Positions 19,907 to 30,264 of a stretch of 64,000 nt of DNA are shown here, piece after piece (the stretch's first letter is position 1; the number at the start of each line of letters is the position of its first letter). The position numbers and the translations under genes are program-made. The notes below the pieces were generated by a model, which worked only from the letters and a program-made list of their open reading frames with translations, was not told where the DNA came from and did no database searches. This DNA comes from Peptococcia bacterium (lineage in GTDB: Bacteria > Bacillota > Peptococcia > DRI-13 > DTU073), in the NCBI GenBank assembly GCA_050951585.1, contig JBMNJI010000005.1, positions 16,206 to 80,205 of the forward strand, written 5' to 3'.

Positions 19907-22192
19907 ATGAAAAGGCGGGGAATAAGCAGCCGGATGTTGCTGCTATATGTGGTGTGCGTAATGCTTATGTTGGGGATGATTTGGCCTGCCGCAGCGTTAG
20001 CGGAAGGGAAAAACTATGAGGTGGCCAATGAAATCGGTTTTTGGGCAGTACTGCTCTTTTTGGCAGATGGGGATACCATTACGTTGTTGGATGATGTTGA
20101 TGTGCATGGTGTCACAGTGGAGATTATTGATGCAGACATTACTCTTAATCTGAATGGACATACGTTAAATATTGTCAATAATGAGGGGCGGGCTCTTGTA
20201 GTTGACAATGGTACTCTTAAACTGGCCGGCGAGGGTGAGCTGAATGTCAGTGGATACGGCTCTGCTGTGAGGGTCACGAATGGGGGCAGGGCGGAAGTCA
20301 CTAATGTTACGGCCACCACGGAGATTGGTTTTGGCGCAGGTGCTTTTGATGAGGGCAGTTATGTTCAGGTCAATGGCAATATCAACGTGACCGTGATCGG
20401 TGAGAATGGAAAAGGAGTTATCGCAGATTATGGTGGAAAGGCTCTTGTGAAAGGAAATGTATCAATAGTTGGTCCGAAAAGCAGTGCTGCCCGTGTATGT
20501 TGCCCCGGCAGTTCGATTGAAATATTAGGTAATGCCGTGGCTAGCGGAGAATACTCTCATGGTGCGTTTGCGATGAACGGAGGGAAGTGTGTTGTCCGGG
20601 GTGAAGTCAAGGTTACCGGTGACCACGCATATGCTGCTTATGCTTTAAGGGAAGGCAGTACCGTTGAAGTGATGCGTAATGCGACGGCCAGCGGTTTTGC
20701 CAGGGCCGTATGCGTTTATGATGGTGGGCTGGTGACGGTTCATGGCAATGCTACGTCTATTGGTAATAAGAGCATTTGTATCTATATTCCGTCAGATGAT
20801 AATGAGCCGGTTAAACCCAGTTCAGTGTTCGTTGGCGGCAATGTGAAGGCAAGTGGCGCAAATTGCTGCAGTGTGTTTGCTCTGAATTTTGATCGAATCA
20901 GCATTAAGGGCGATCTAATTGCCGAAGGAGTCTATCAGAATGGAGAATACCTCGGTGCTGATACAGGAATAGACATATTAGGCACAAAAGATAAAACCAG
21001 TCATGTAGAAATTGGCGGAAACGTGCTGGTGAAAGGTGATTATGGTTTGTACGGAATGTATGAAAACATTGTAGTACATGGTAATATTTCGGTAGAAGGC
21101 AGCCATTGTGTGGCCATCACCTCTGCCGGGTGCGGAAATATCGAGGTAGGCGGTGATATTACAGCAAATGGCATTCAAGCGCCTAAAGCAGTGAAGTGTT
21201 TATTGTCTACCTTTGTGCATGTAAAAGGAGATGTCAATGTAAACGGTAATGAAGGAACGGCAATAGAATCACTGAATGCAAGAATCATTGTTGACGGAAA
21301 TGTTACGGCTACCGGAGAGAATAGTCTTGGTGTATGTGCTGAGAGAGGAGGAGTAGTTGCTGTTACCGGGAGGATTAACGCACCTGATTATGTGATGGTC
21401 TGCCGGTCGAAAATGACTGCTGCCGAAGGAAGCACAGGGGAAGGAGCTTATCAAGGCTATCAAGTATACAGTTCGATTGGCGAATATGATGATAAATACA
21501 GTCTTATTTATGTGAGAAATGCTGCTGTGGATAGTGCCAAACCTATTACCAAGCAAGATATTCAAGAAATACAGAACACACAAATTTCTGAAAGCAATGT
21601 CCCTATCTCTGTCCCTGTTTCCATTGATACCTTTACCGACTTAGCAGATGTTCCCTGGGCTCAAGGAACCATTGAAGTCTTACTCTCCAAGGGAATCATG
21701 AAGGGCATATCGCCTCAGCAATTTGTGCCCGCAGCAAACATTACGAGGGCGGATTTCCTTTCCTCATTAGTGAGAGCGTTGGGCTTGAATGTTAAGTTCG
21801 AGGGTAATTTTGCTGATGTTCCTTTTGAGGCGGATTATTATCGGGAGATCGGCATTGCCAGAGAGCTAGGGATTACCAGCGGAGTAGGAAACAATCTTTT
21901 TAACCCGCAGGCGGAAATTACGCGACAGGACATGATCGCTTTAACGGAAAAAGCTTTACGCAATTTAGAACTGCTCACCACAATTGGGACACCTGCCGAT
22001 TTAGACCGGTTTACCGATAAAGCATTCATCTCGCCTTATGCTGTGAATAGTGTTGCTGCTATTATTAAGGAAGGGTTAATTGTTGGTAGCGGCGATCAAC
22101 TCAATCCGCTCGGAAACACTACCAGGGCAGAAGCAGCCGCCTTTTTGCATAAGATATATAATAAGTATTCTCAGGATACTTCGCCGAATTAA
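19907..22192 (+). CDS. S-layer-anchored beta-solenoid repeat protein (three C-terminal SLH domains)
   Basis: Signal peptide, and the same repeat architecture as 7378..8994. Three SLH units: FTDLADVPWAQGTIEVL.., FADVPFEADYYREIGIA.., FTDKAFISPYAVNSVAA... Confidence 0.8.
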   Translation: MKRRGISSRMLLLYVVCVMLMLGMIWPAAALAEGKNYEVANEIGFWAVLLFLADGDTITLLDDVDVHGVTVEIIDADITLNLNGHTLNIVNNEGRALVVDNGTLKLAGEGELNVSGYGSAVRVTNGGRAEVTNVTATTEIGFGAGAFDEGSYVQVNGNINVTVIGENGKGVIADYGGKALVKGNVSIVGPKSSAARVCCPGSSIEILGNAVASGEYSHGAFAMNGGKCVVRGEVKVTGDHAYAAYALREGSTVEVMRNATASGFARAVCVYDGGLVTVHGNATSIGNKSICIYIPSDDNEPVKPSSVFVGGNVKASGANCCSVFALNFDRISIKGDLIAEGVYQNGEYLGADTGIDILGTKDKTSHVEIGGNVLVKGDYGLYGMYENIVVHGNISVEGSHCVAITSAGCGNIEVGGDITANGIQAPKAVKCLLSTFVHVKGDVNVNGNEGTAIESLNARIIVDGNVTATGENSLGVCAERGGVVAVTGRINAPDYVMVCRSKMTAAEGSTGEGAYQGYQVYSSIGEYDDKYSLIYVRNAAVDSAKPITKQDIQEIQNTQISESNVPISVPVSIDTFTDLADVPWAQGTIEVLLSKGIMKGISPQQFVPAANITRADFLSSLVRALGLNVKFEGNFADVPFEADYYREIGIARELGITSGVGNNLFNPQAEITRQDMIALTEKALRNLELLTTIGTPADLDRFTDKAFISPYAVNSVAAIIKEGLIVGSGDQLNPLGNTTRAEAAAFLHKIYNKYSQDTSPN

Positions 22193-22304
22193 CCAGAGTG
22201 GTAGTTGCCTCCGGGCGCCATTACCGTTACAATGTAGTTGTTACCGTAGTTAGTAGTTTTTAAATGGTAATGTGAACTGTATCGAAAAGTGAGGGCTACC
22301 GTTA

Positions 22305-23315
22305 ATGAGTAAGGTTTATGCTTTTATTAAACCGCGGGCGGAGGCAGTGGCGTATCTTCGACAACTGCTGACGGGTCATGGGATGGAATGGCTGGGCGAA
22401 GAAATAGTGAATCAAGGCTATGGGCTGAAAATCAGCGGCGAAGATCAAGGAACCGCTTTTTCCGGTGTGCTCTATTTTAATAAACAGGGCTTTTCGTCGA
22501 AGGTAATTATTGATAGGGGCAGTGAACGCCTTTTATGTATATTGGAACAGGAATTGGGGAGAGGAACGATCACTGCGCCAGCCCAGGCCAACACCAAACT
22601 GGCGAAGGCCGAAATGAGCGCGGACGAACCGGCTATTTTAAAACAATTGCTGACTGAAGCCCATCTGGGTACGGATGAATCCGGCAAAGGGGATTATTTT
22701 GGGCCGCTGGTTGTGGCCGGTGTTTTTGTGCAACCGCAAGATGCCGCGATCTTGCAGGAGATGGGGGTTGCGGACAGCAAGACTTTAACAGAGCAGAAAA
22801 TCAAAACAATCTCTGAAAGTTTGCGTACATATTTGCAAAACAGATTCGAGGTTCTTTTCATTAAGCCGGAAAAATACAACGAGCTCTACGCGAAAATCGG
22901 GAATCTAAATAAACTACTGGCGTGGGGGCATGCTAGAGTAATGGAAAATCTCCTGGAAAAACTGGAGTTATCGAAAACGGGGAAGCTGGATTGCCGGTAT
23001 GCCCTGGCTGATCGATTCGGGGATGAGAGTCTTATTCAGAGGGCGCTGATGCAAAAAGGCCGCCGCATCCGCTTGGTACAAATTCCGCGTGGGGAGCGGG
23101 ATCCGGCGGTGGCGGCCGCGTCGATCATCGCCCGGGATGTTTTCGTCCATAAAATGGAGGAGCTTTCCGAAAAATACGGAGTGGTTTTACCGAAGGGTTG
23201 TAATGAGAGAGTGCGGGAAGTGGCCCGGCAAATTGTGGCGAAACACGGGGAAGACGAGTTGGGGAAAGTAGCGAAGCTTCATTTTAAAACAACGCAGGAG
23301 TTACGGGGAAGATAA
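22305..23315 (+). CDS. rnhC: Ribonuclease HIII
   Basis: The GTDESGKGDYFGPLVVAGV catalytic motif, with the N-terminal RNase HIII-type extension. Confidence 0.85.
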   Translation: MSKVYAFIKPRAEAVAYLRQLLTGHGMEWLGEEIVNQGYGLKISGEDQGTAFSGVLYFNKQGFSSKVIIDRGSERLLCILEQELGRGTITAPAQANTKLAKAEMSADEPAILKQLLTEAHLGTDESGKGDYFGPLVVAGVFVQPQDAAILQEMGVADSKTLTEQKIKTISESLRTYLQNRFEVLFIKPEKYNELYAKIGNLNKLLAWGHARVMENLLEKLELSKTGKLDCRYALADRFGDESLIQRALMQKGRRIRLVQIPRGERDPAVAAASIIARDVFVHKMEELSEKYGVVLPKGCNERVREVARQIVAKHGEDELGKVAKLHFKTTQELRGR

Positions 23316-23349
23316 AGAACCCAAAGCATTTTTGCCTTGGGTTCTTTTC
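23315..23349. terminator. Bidirectional terminator between convergent rnhC and the LamG gene
   Basis: Stem AAGAACCCAAAG / CCTTGGGTTCTT with flanking T and A runs. Confidence 0.65.
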
Positions 23350-23377
23350 CTTATTTCTACCGTTGATTTAGTTTTCT

Positions 23378-24724
23378 TTAGTTCGCCTTTTGATAATTGG
23401 TTAAAATTTCGGCTGCTGTCAAAGCCCTTTCGTAAATACTGACTTCATCAATAAGGCCTTTGAAATTAGCATTAGCGGTATCTCCGCCAATATACAGGCT
23501 GCCATGATTATAATTAATTCTTCCGGTTACGGCAAAGGATTTAACCAAATTTCCGTTTAAATAAAGGCTCAACTTTGCTCCATCATAAGTACCGACCACA
23601 TGGGTCCATTTGTTCAAAGAAATGGGGCTGGGCGAATAAGCGGTTTGCGCTACATTGCCCATTTTGATGGAGAAACCGATTCGATTATCACTTCTGGAAA
23701 AGATACTGTAATCAGTTTTCGTGCCTTGGTTTTTGCAGATGATTTTCTGCCAATCCTTCATGTTCACAGTTGGTTTAATCCACGTCTCTACGGTCAGGGC
23801 TGTTCCGGGGTTTAAAGCACCCGTACCATCATAAGCAGGAATTTGCACGAGGTCATTGCCGTCAAAGCGAAGAGCAGATCCTACTTTACCGGTTGCCCAG
23901 GTAGCTCCATTAATTAAACCGTGGAAATTTAACCCGCCTGAATCTGTAGCTTCTGTACCTTCACCCTCGTCAAAGCTCCATTTGGCTACCAGGTTCATTT
24001 CCCCGGGATCTGGCAATCCCGCTTCATACCGGCTTAATACGTCAGAAGCGGAAAGTGCCTGCGAATAAATATTTACTTCATCAATAACGCCTTTGAAATT
24101 GGCATTAACGGTATCGCCGCCAATGCGCAGCGCTCCTTTATTATCATTGATTTTTCCGGTTACGGCAAAGGAATTAGCCAGTTTCCCGTTTATATAGAGG
24201 CATAATTTTTTTCCGTCATAAGTACCGACCACATGAGTAAATTGATTCAAAGCAATAGGAAGTTTGGAATAAGCAGTTTGGGCCACATTGCCTATTTTGA
24301 TGGAGAAACCAATTTGATTATCCTTTCTGCCGATGATACTGTAATCAGTGTTTTTCCCCAGGGATTTGCAGATGATTTTCTGCCAATCCTGCATGATAGC
24401 AGTTGGCTTGATCCATGCTTCTACCGTGAGGGCAGTTCTGGTGTTTAAGGCATCATGATGAGGGACCTCAACATACTCACTGCCATCAAAACGAAGAGCC
24501 GATTCTACTTGTCCGATTAACCATTCAGCTCCATAGACTGTACCATCAAAACCGTTTTCGCTTGTATCGGCAGCGATTGTCCCTTCTCCTTCGTCAAAGC
24601 TCCACTGCGCTACCGGTTCTACGGCAGTACTTGTTGTTGCTAGCAATGGCATACATTGGAAAAGTAGTCCCATCACTAATACCAGACCAATAACAGTTCT
24701 TTTACTCATTCTCTTGAACAACAT
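23378..24724 (-). CDS. Secreted protein with two LamG/concanavalin-like (Laminin_G_3) domains
   Basis: Signal peptide. An internal duplication gives two ~200 aa units, each starting WSFDEGEGT.. and containing ALRFDG, WIKPT, GG(D)T.NANFKG.IDEV.IY. Confidence 0.75.
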   Translation of the reverse strand: MLFKRMSKRTVIGLVLVMGLLFQCMPLLATTSTAVEPVAQWSFDEGEGTIAADTSENGFDGTVYGAEWLIGQVESALRFDGSEYVEVPHHDALNTRTALTVEAWIKPTAIMQDWQKIICKSLGKNTDYSIIGRKDNQIGFSIKIGNVAQTAYSKLPIALNQFTHVVGTYDGKKLCLYINGKLANSFAVTGKINDNKGALRIGGDTVNANFKGVIDEVNIYSQALSASDVLSRYEAGLPDPGEMNLVAKWSFDEGEGTEATDSGGLNFHGLINGATWATGKVGSALRFDGNDLVQIPAYDGTGALNPGTALTVETWIKPTVNMKDWQKIICKNQGTKTDYSIFSRSDNRIGFSIKMGNVAQTAYSPSPISLNKWTHVVGTYDGAKLSLYLNGNLVKSFAVTGRINYNHGSLYIGGDTANANFKGLIDEVSIYERALTAAEILTNYQKAN

Positions 24725-25015
24725 TGATTGACCTCCTCAGAAACTATTTTTTCGTAATAATTGTCTCTTTGTGAACATTATGAAGACAATTATTTTTAAC
24801 ACCTCCTCTCTTTTCGGTATTGCTCACATACCCTAATTATTACCTTATTTCATTATACATAAACTTCCTGTAATTACAAGAATATTACCGAATAATTTAC
24901 AAATGAAGTGAATATAAATTTCCCCGTAAAAAATGTAATATACATACCAAATATCGTTGTAATTTCTGTTACAGCGTGCTATACTATACTCGTATTAGCG
25001 TATGGAGGTGTATAT

Positions 25016-26317
25016 ATGTACCGAATCGCCATCGAGAACCTATATAAATGGAAAGAAAGTAAGAACCGTAAGCCGCTGCTTATTGAAGGCGCAAGGCAGG
25101 TTGGCAAGACTTGGCTGATGAAAGAATTCGGCGCAGAGGTTTATGCGGATACTGTATATATCAACTTTGATGCAAATTCCAGAATGGCGGATCTGTTTTC
25201 ATCAGACCTTGACACCGACCGTCTGATTATGGGACTGGAGCTATATGCCGGACGAAAAATTAACGCGGATAATACACTGCTAATTTTTGACGAGGTGCAG
25301 GAGGTGCCGAGAGCACTGTCCTCGCTGAAATATTTTTATGAAAACGCGCCGCAATATCACATTGTCTGCGCCGGTTCACTTCTGGGAATTGCTTTACATC
25401 AAGGTACATCTTTCCCGGTTGGGAAAGTGGATTTTCTAAAGCTTTATCCGCTGTCCTTCAAGGAATTCTTAATGGCGACCGGGAAAGAACGTTTTTCTGA
25501 ACTGTTGGATAAACAGGACTACCAGATGATTACCTCTTTCAAGCAAACCTATATTGATGCACTAAAACAGTATTATTATGTTGGCGGCATGCCGGAGGCG
25601 GTTCAAAGCTTTGTAGATGAAAAAGATTTTAGCGAAGTACGTAATATTCAAAAGCGGATTCTGGCTGCATATGAGCAGGATTTTTCCAAGCATGCACCCA
25701 ATGAAATCGTTCCGAAAATCCGCATGGTCTGGAACAGCATTCCCTCCCAGCTTGCCAAGGAGAACAAGAAATTTATTTACGGTCTTTTACGTGAGGGCGG
25801 ACGGGCCAAAGAATATGAAACAGCGATCATGTGGCTTTCCGACTGCGGTCTTATCCATAAGGTCAGCCGTGTGAATGCGGCCGGTATTCCGCTGAAAGCC
25901 TATGAGGATCTGAAAGCATTCAGACTGTTTATGGTCGATGTGGGACTTCTCGGCTGTATGACCGGCTTGAGCCAGCAGACACTTCTTGACGGAAACGGCT
26001 TGTTTACCGTATTCAAGGGCGCGCTGACAGAGCAGTACGTCTGTCAACAGCTGAAAACAATCGCTGATTTAGGTGTCTATTACTACACCAATGACCGTGG
26101 CTCTTGTGAGATTGATTTTGTGATTGATACCGGGGAGCAGGTCATTCCGCTTGAAGTTAAAGCTGAGGTCAATCTCAAAGCCAAGAGCTTGCGGGTATAT
26201 AAGGATAAATACAATCCCGAAATCGCTGTCCGCACCTCGATGGCGGATTATAAAAGGGAAGAATGGCTTGTGAATCTGCCGTTATATGCGGTAGAAGGAA
26301 TTAAAAAAATAGATTAA
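25016..26317 (+). CDS. AAA_14/DUF4143-family ATPase (intact copy)
   Basis: GGAGGTG RBS, then ATG 25016. Walker A GARQVGKTW and Walker B LLIFDEVQ. The C-terminal part is restriction-endonuclease-like (EIDFVI.. PLEVK). Confidence 0.8.
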   Translation: MYRIAIENLYKWKESKNRKPLLIEGARQVGKTWLMKEFGAEVYADTVYINFDANSRMADLFSSDLDTDRLIMGLELYAGRKINADNTLLIFDEVQEVPRALSSLKYFYENAPQYHIVCAGSLLGIALHQGTSFPVGKVDFLKLYPLSFKEFLMATGKERFSELLDKQDYQMITSFKQTYIDALKQYYYVGGMPEAVQSFVDEKDFSEVRNIQKRILAAYEQDFSKHAPNEIVPKIRMVWNSIPSQLAKENKKFIYGLLREGGRAKEYETAIMWLSDCGLIHKVSRVNAAGIPLKAYEDLKAFRLFMVDVGLLGCMTGLSQQTLLDGNGLFTVFKGALTEQYVCQQLKTIADLGVYYYTNDRGSCEIDFVIDTGEQVIPLEVKAEVNLKAKSLRVYKDKYNPEIAVRTSMADYKREEWLVNLPLYAVEGIKKID

Positions 26318-26487
26318 TTCCACTTAAATCAAAACAGGGGTGGAATTTTACTTTTCAATTAAGGGGATGCTAAAAAATCAGATTAAGATGAAATATTTCT
26401 AGCGTAATGGCAGAAAATCTGTTAAAATTGTGTGGGAAGTTTGAGAGACTGATGCGACCCGATTAAGCGGGACAAGGAGTGAATCAC

Positions 26488-27687
26488 ATGGTCAGGACAG
26501 TTGGCACTGTAGTACGTGGCATAAGGTTGCCCATCATCAAAGCAGGGGACGATTTAGTTCAGATGGTAGTCCGGAATATACTACACTCAGCCGAAAAAGA
26601 GAAATACACCCTTAAAGACAAAGATATTATTGCTGTAACCGAATCGGCAGTCGCGAGGGCGCAAGGGAATTATGTCAGCCTGGACGATATCGCTGTGGAT
26701 ATTAAAGAGAAGTTTGCCGGCAAAAAAGAATTTGGGATTGTTTTTCCGATTCTCAGCCGGAATAGATTTTCCATCGTCTTAAAAGGGATTGCGCGTGCCA
26801 CAAGGAAGCTCTATTTGCAATTGAGCATCCCTTGTGACGAGGTGGGCAATCATTTAATGGATCCGGAAATCCTTGATGATCTGGAGATCAATCTTTATCA
26901 GGAGGTTCTGGACGAGAAAACCTACCGGAAATTATTCGGGGAAGAGGTAAGGCATCCTTTTACGGGGATTGATTATGTGCGGATGTACCGCGAAATCGCC
27001 GAAAAGGAAGGTGCGGAGTTAGAGATTATTTTTGCCAATGACCCCAGGGCGATCCTCAAATACACGAAGGATGTGCTGGTGGCGGATATTCACACCAGGT
27101 TCCGGACGAAGAAGCTCTTGAAAAAGGCCGGGGCGGAATTACTGTGGGGCCTTGATGATATTTGCACCAGTTCACGCCATGGGAGCGGGTATAACCGTCA
27201 ATACGGTCTGCTGGGCTCCAATAAGGCAAGCGAAACCCTGGTGAAACTCTTTCCGCGGGACGGAGAAAAGTTTGTGGTGGCCGTGCAGGACGAGCTGATT
27301 AAGCGGACAGGAAAGCAAATCGAAGTGATGATATACGGCGACGGTGCCTTTAAGGATCCGGTCGGGAAGATTTGGGAGCTGGCGGACCCGGTAGTTTCTC
27401 CGGCGCATACAGCGGGCTTAAGCGGGCTGCCCAATGAAATTAAACTGAAATATTTTGCGGATAACGAGCTGAAGGACATGTCTGATGAAGAAAGCCAGCA
27501 AGCGATTAAAAAATATATCCGCGAAAAAGAGGTTAACCTGGTGGGGTCCCGGGATTCGGTGGGGACAACACCGCGTCGCTTGACCGATTTACTGGGTAGC
27601 TTGTGCGATTTGGTCAGCGGCAGTGGGGATAAAGGAACACCGGTGGTGCTCATTCAAGGATATTTTGATAACTATGCGACTGAATAA
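26488..27687 (+). CDS. CofE-like (F420-0:gamma-glutamyl ligase family) protein
   Basis: AAGGAG RBS 8 nt before ATG 26488. The N-terminal pattern ..PIIKAGDDL.. IIAVTESAVARAQGNY resembles the CofE fold. The assignment is by recall only. Confidence 0.45.
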   Translation: MVRTVGTVVRGIRLPIIKAGDDLVQMVVRNILHSAEKEKYTLKDKDIIAVTESAVARAQGNYVSLDDIAVDIKEKFAGKKEFGIVFPILSRNRFSIVLKGIARATRKLYLQLSIPCDEVGNHLMDPEILDDLEINLYQEVLDEKTYRKLFGEEVRHPFTGIDYVRMYREIAEKEGAELEIIFANDPRAILKYTKDVLVADIHTRFRTKKLLKKAGAELLWGLDDICTSSRHGSGYNRQYGLLGSNKASETLVKLFPRDGEKFVVAVQDELIKRTGKQIEVMIYGDGAFKDPVGKIWELADPVVSPAHTAGLSGLPNEIKLKYFADNELKDMSDEESQQAIKKYIREKEVNLVGSRDSVGTTPRRLTDLLGSLCDLVSGSGDKGTPVVLIQGYFDNYATE

Positions 27688-27750
27688 ATATATAGAGTAA
27701 ATTTTTCTTCCTTATTTCTAAGGAAGAAGGGGAAAAAGGGGGAGGATAAT

Positions 27751-29184
27751 TTGTTTGCTAATCTGAAAGAATGCAAGAAGTACTGTCAGGAAAACGGGAT
27801 TAAGGCGATTGATTTTAAATTGATTAATCTCGCGGGGCGTTGGCACCACCTGACCATCTCTGTGGAGAGATTAGATCAGCAAATCCTGGATGATGGGATC
27901 GGTTTTGACGGTTCCAGTTATGGCTTTTTAACGCTGGAGAAATCGGATATGGTTTTCCTACCTGATTTTAGTACCGCCTTTGTAGATCCCTTTTGTGAAA
28001 TACCCACTTTAAGCATTATGAGCAACATTTATCGTCTTGACGGGAATAAAATGGTACGATTCGAGGGTGACCCGCGCTATATTGCGGAGAAAACGGAAAG
28101 ATACTTAAAGACTACCGGCATTGCTGACCGGAGCTCTTTTGGACCGGAATTTGAATTCTACCTGATTGACCATGTTTCTTACGCCATTGAGCGGAACAAT
28201 ATCAGCGTTCAGCTTGATTCCGAAACGGCCGAGTGGCATACGAAGGACAACGATTATCAGAATTTAGGCTTTAAGGTTCCCTATCAGCAAGGGTACCATG
28301 TGGATATTCCTTATGACGTGAATTTTGAATTAAGAAAGAAAATGGTTCTGCAACTGGAAGAAATGGGTGTGCCGATTAAATATCATCATCCCGAAGTGGG
28401 CTCCTCCGGGCAAGTGGAAATCGAAATCTGTTTCGGAAATCTTTTCGAGATGGCAGACCGGACCATGCTGATCAAATATGTCGTCAAAAATATGGCGCTG
28501 GCGCACGGAAAGACAGCGACCTTTATGCCCAAGCCCTTTTACCGGGAGGCGGGTAGCGGCATGCATGTACATATCAATATGTTTAAGGGAGACCAGCCGG
28601 TGTTCTTTGACGAAAAGGGATATTCCGGCTTAAGCCAGACGGCTCTATATACCATCGGCGGTATCTTAAAGCATTCCCCGGCTCTTTTGGCCCTGACAAA
28701 TCCCAGCACCAATTCCTATAAACGTTTGGTGCCCGGTTACGAAGCTCCGGTCAGTATTTGTTACGCGACGGCCAATCGTAGTGCGGTCATCAGAATTCCC
28801 GGTTATGCGAACCGGCCGATGGAAAAACGGTATGAATTCCGTCCTTCCGATGCTACCTGTAATCCGTATCTGGCTTATTCGGCCCTGATGATGGCGGCAA
28901 TCGACGGGGTTCAGAACAAGATCGATCCGGTGCAGGAAGGTTTTGGCCCATATGATATTAACATCTTCAATTTAAGTGAAGAAGAACGCGCCAAGATTAA
29001 GGCTTTGCCGAAATCCTTAGACGAAGCGGCTGATGCCCTTGAAAAAGATCACGACTTCCTGCTCGCGGGCGGGGTCTTTACAGAGGGAATCATTAAAGAC
29101 CATTTAAAGAGAATCCGTAAGGAGGCCAAGGAGGTCAGCATCATTCCCCATCCGAAGGAATTTGACCTTTATTACGATCTGTAA
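27751..29184 (+). CDS. glnA: Glutamine synthetase
   Basis: GS motifs GPEFEFY, KYHHPEVG..GQVEI, GSGMHVH, NSYKRLVPGYEAP, RIP. Confidence 0.85.
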   Translation: MFANLKECKKYCQENGIKAIDFKLINLAGRWHHLTISVERLDQQILDDGIGFDGSSYGFLTLEKSDMVFLPDFSTAFVDPFCEIPTLSIMSNIYRLDGNKMVRFEGDPRYIAEKTERYLKTTGIADRSSFGPEFEFYLIDHVSYAIERNNISVQLDSETAEWHTKDNDYQNLGFKVPYQQGYHVDIPYDVNFELRKKMVLQLEEMGVPIKYHHPEVGSSGQVEIEICFGNLFEMADRTMLIKYVVKNMALAHGKTATFMPKPFYREAGSGMHVHINMFKGDQPVFFDEKGYSGLSQTALYTIGGILKHSPALLALTNPSTNSYKRLVPGYEAPVSICYATANRSAVIRIPGYANRPMEKRYEFRPSDATCNPYLAYSALMMAAIDGVQNKIDPVQEGFGPYDINIFNLSEEERAKIKALPKSLDEAADALEKDHDFLLAGGVFTEGIIKDHLKRIRKEAKEVSIIPHPKEFDLYYDL

Positions 29185-29200
29185 GAGATACGGTTCACTA

Positions 29201-29232
29201 GAGGAGCTATTGCAAAACATGGCTCCTTTTTG
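29201..29232 (+). terminator. Terminator after glnA
   Basis: Stem GAGGAGC / GCTCCTT followed by a T-run. Confidence 0.55.
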
Positions 29233-29322
29233 TTGTATTTTTTTACGTAAAGCAATACAATCTTAATAGACTATTTTTCAATAAACGGGGATGATCAGTG
29301 ACAGGCAGGAGGGCTGTTTACC

Positions 29323-30093
29323 GTGGAGATTACCGTCAAAGGTGTGAAAGTGAATTATCATGTATCCGGCGAGGGAAAAGACCTGATTCTGTTGCCCGGC
29401 TGGGGCTGCACAATCCAGACCGTTGCCCCGGTCCACCGGCATTATGAAGCTTTTTTCCGGACTTATTCCCTTGACTGGCCGGGCTTTGGACAAAGTGAGG
29501 AACCGCCGGAGCAGTGGGGGGTAGCCGATTATGCGGCCTTCTTATGTGCTTTTCTGGAGGAGTTGGGGATCGAAAACCCGCTGATTATCGCCCATTCCTT
29601 TGGCGGTAGAGTGGCCATATACAGTGCGGGGGCGCTGCAATACCCCTTTGCAAAGCTTGTTCTGACCGGCAGTGCCGGCATCAAACCGCGGCGCGGTCTG
29701 GATTATTATGTTAAGGTTTACACATATAAATTAGCAAAGCGGATCATCATGCTGCCCGGCTTGCGGCAGCTGTTCGGGGACGTGTATGAGCAGTACCGGA
29801 AGAAGGCAGGCTCGGCGGATTATCAAAATGCCTCCGAGCGGATGAAAAAGGTCTTTATTAAAGTGGTAAACGAGGATTTAACGAAATATCTGCCGGAAAT
29901 AAAAGTACCCACCCTGCTGATTTGGGGGGAGAATGATACGGCTACGCCGCTCCGGGATGCCCGGATCATGGAGAAAAACATTCCGGGGTCAGGCTTGGTT
30001 GTTTTTAAGAATTGCGGCCACTATGCCTTCCTCGAGATGCTAAACCATTTTCTCAGCGTCACCGATAGTTTCTTCAAGGAGGAGATGCGCTGA
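29323..30093 (+). CDS. Alpha/beta-fold hydrolase
   Basis: Nucleophile elbow AHSFGG, LPGWG oxyanion region and a C-terminal GH (NCGHYAF). AGGAGGG RBS before GTG 29323. Confidence 0.8.
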   Translation: MEITVKGVKVNYHVSGEGKDLILLPGWGCTIQTVAPVHRHYEAFFRTYSLDWPGFGQSEEPPEQWGVADYAAFLCAFLEELGIENPLIIAHSFGGRVAIYSAGALQYPFAKLVLTGSAGIKPRRGLDYYVKVYTYKLAKRIIMLPGLRQLFGDVYEQYRKKAGSADYQNASERMKKVFIKVVNEDLTKYLPEIKVPTLLIWGENDTATPLRDARIMEKNIPGSGLVVFKNCGHYAFLEMLNHFLSVTDSFFKEEMR

Positions 30094-30264
30094 TGCATGA
30101 ATTTGCCCCGATCCCTGTTTTGCAGAGCAACGAGGGCTGGAAGGATGTTGAGATCAGGGAAAACGGCGAGCAATTAGTAGCTGTAATGGTATTGTAAACC
30201 GAACTGTAATACAATATTATATAAAGATGTATATTGGAAAGTATAATTAACGGAGGTAAAGTGC

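Noticed and set aside
27706-27729. Perfect hairpin TTCTTCCTTA-tttc-TAAGGAAGAA upstream of glnA as a riboswitch or attenuator.
   Set aside because: It is too short for a known glutamine- or T-box-type element, no TnrA/GlnR-type TGTNA-N7-TNACA site was seen, and it lacks a U-tract. It is most simply a weak transcript-end structure of the upstream gene.
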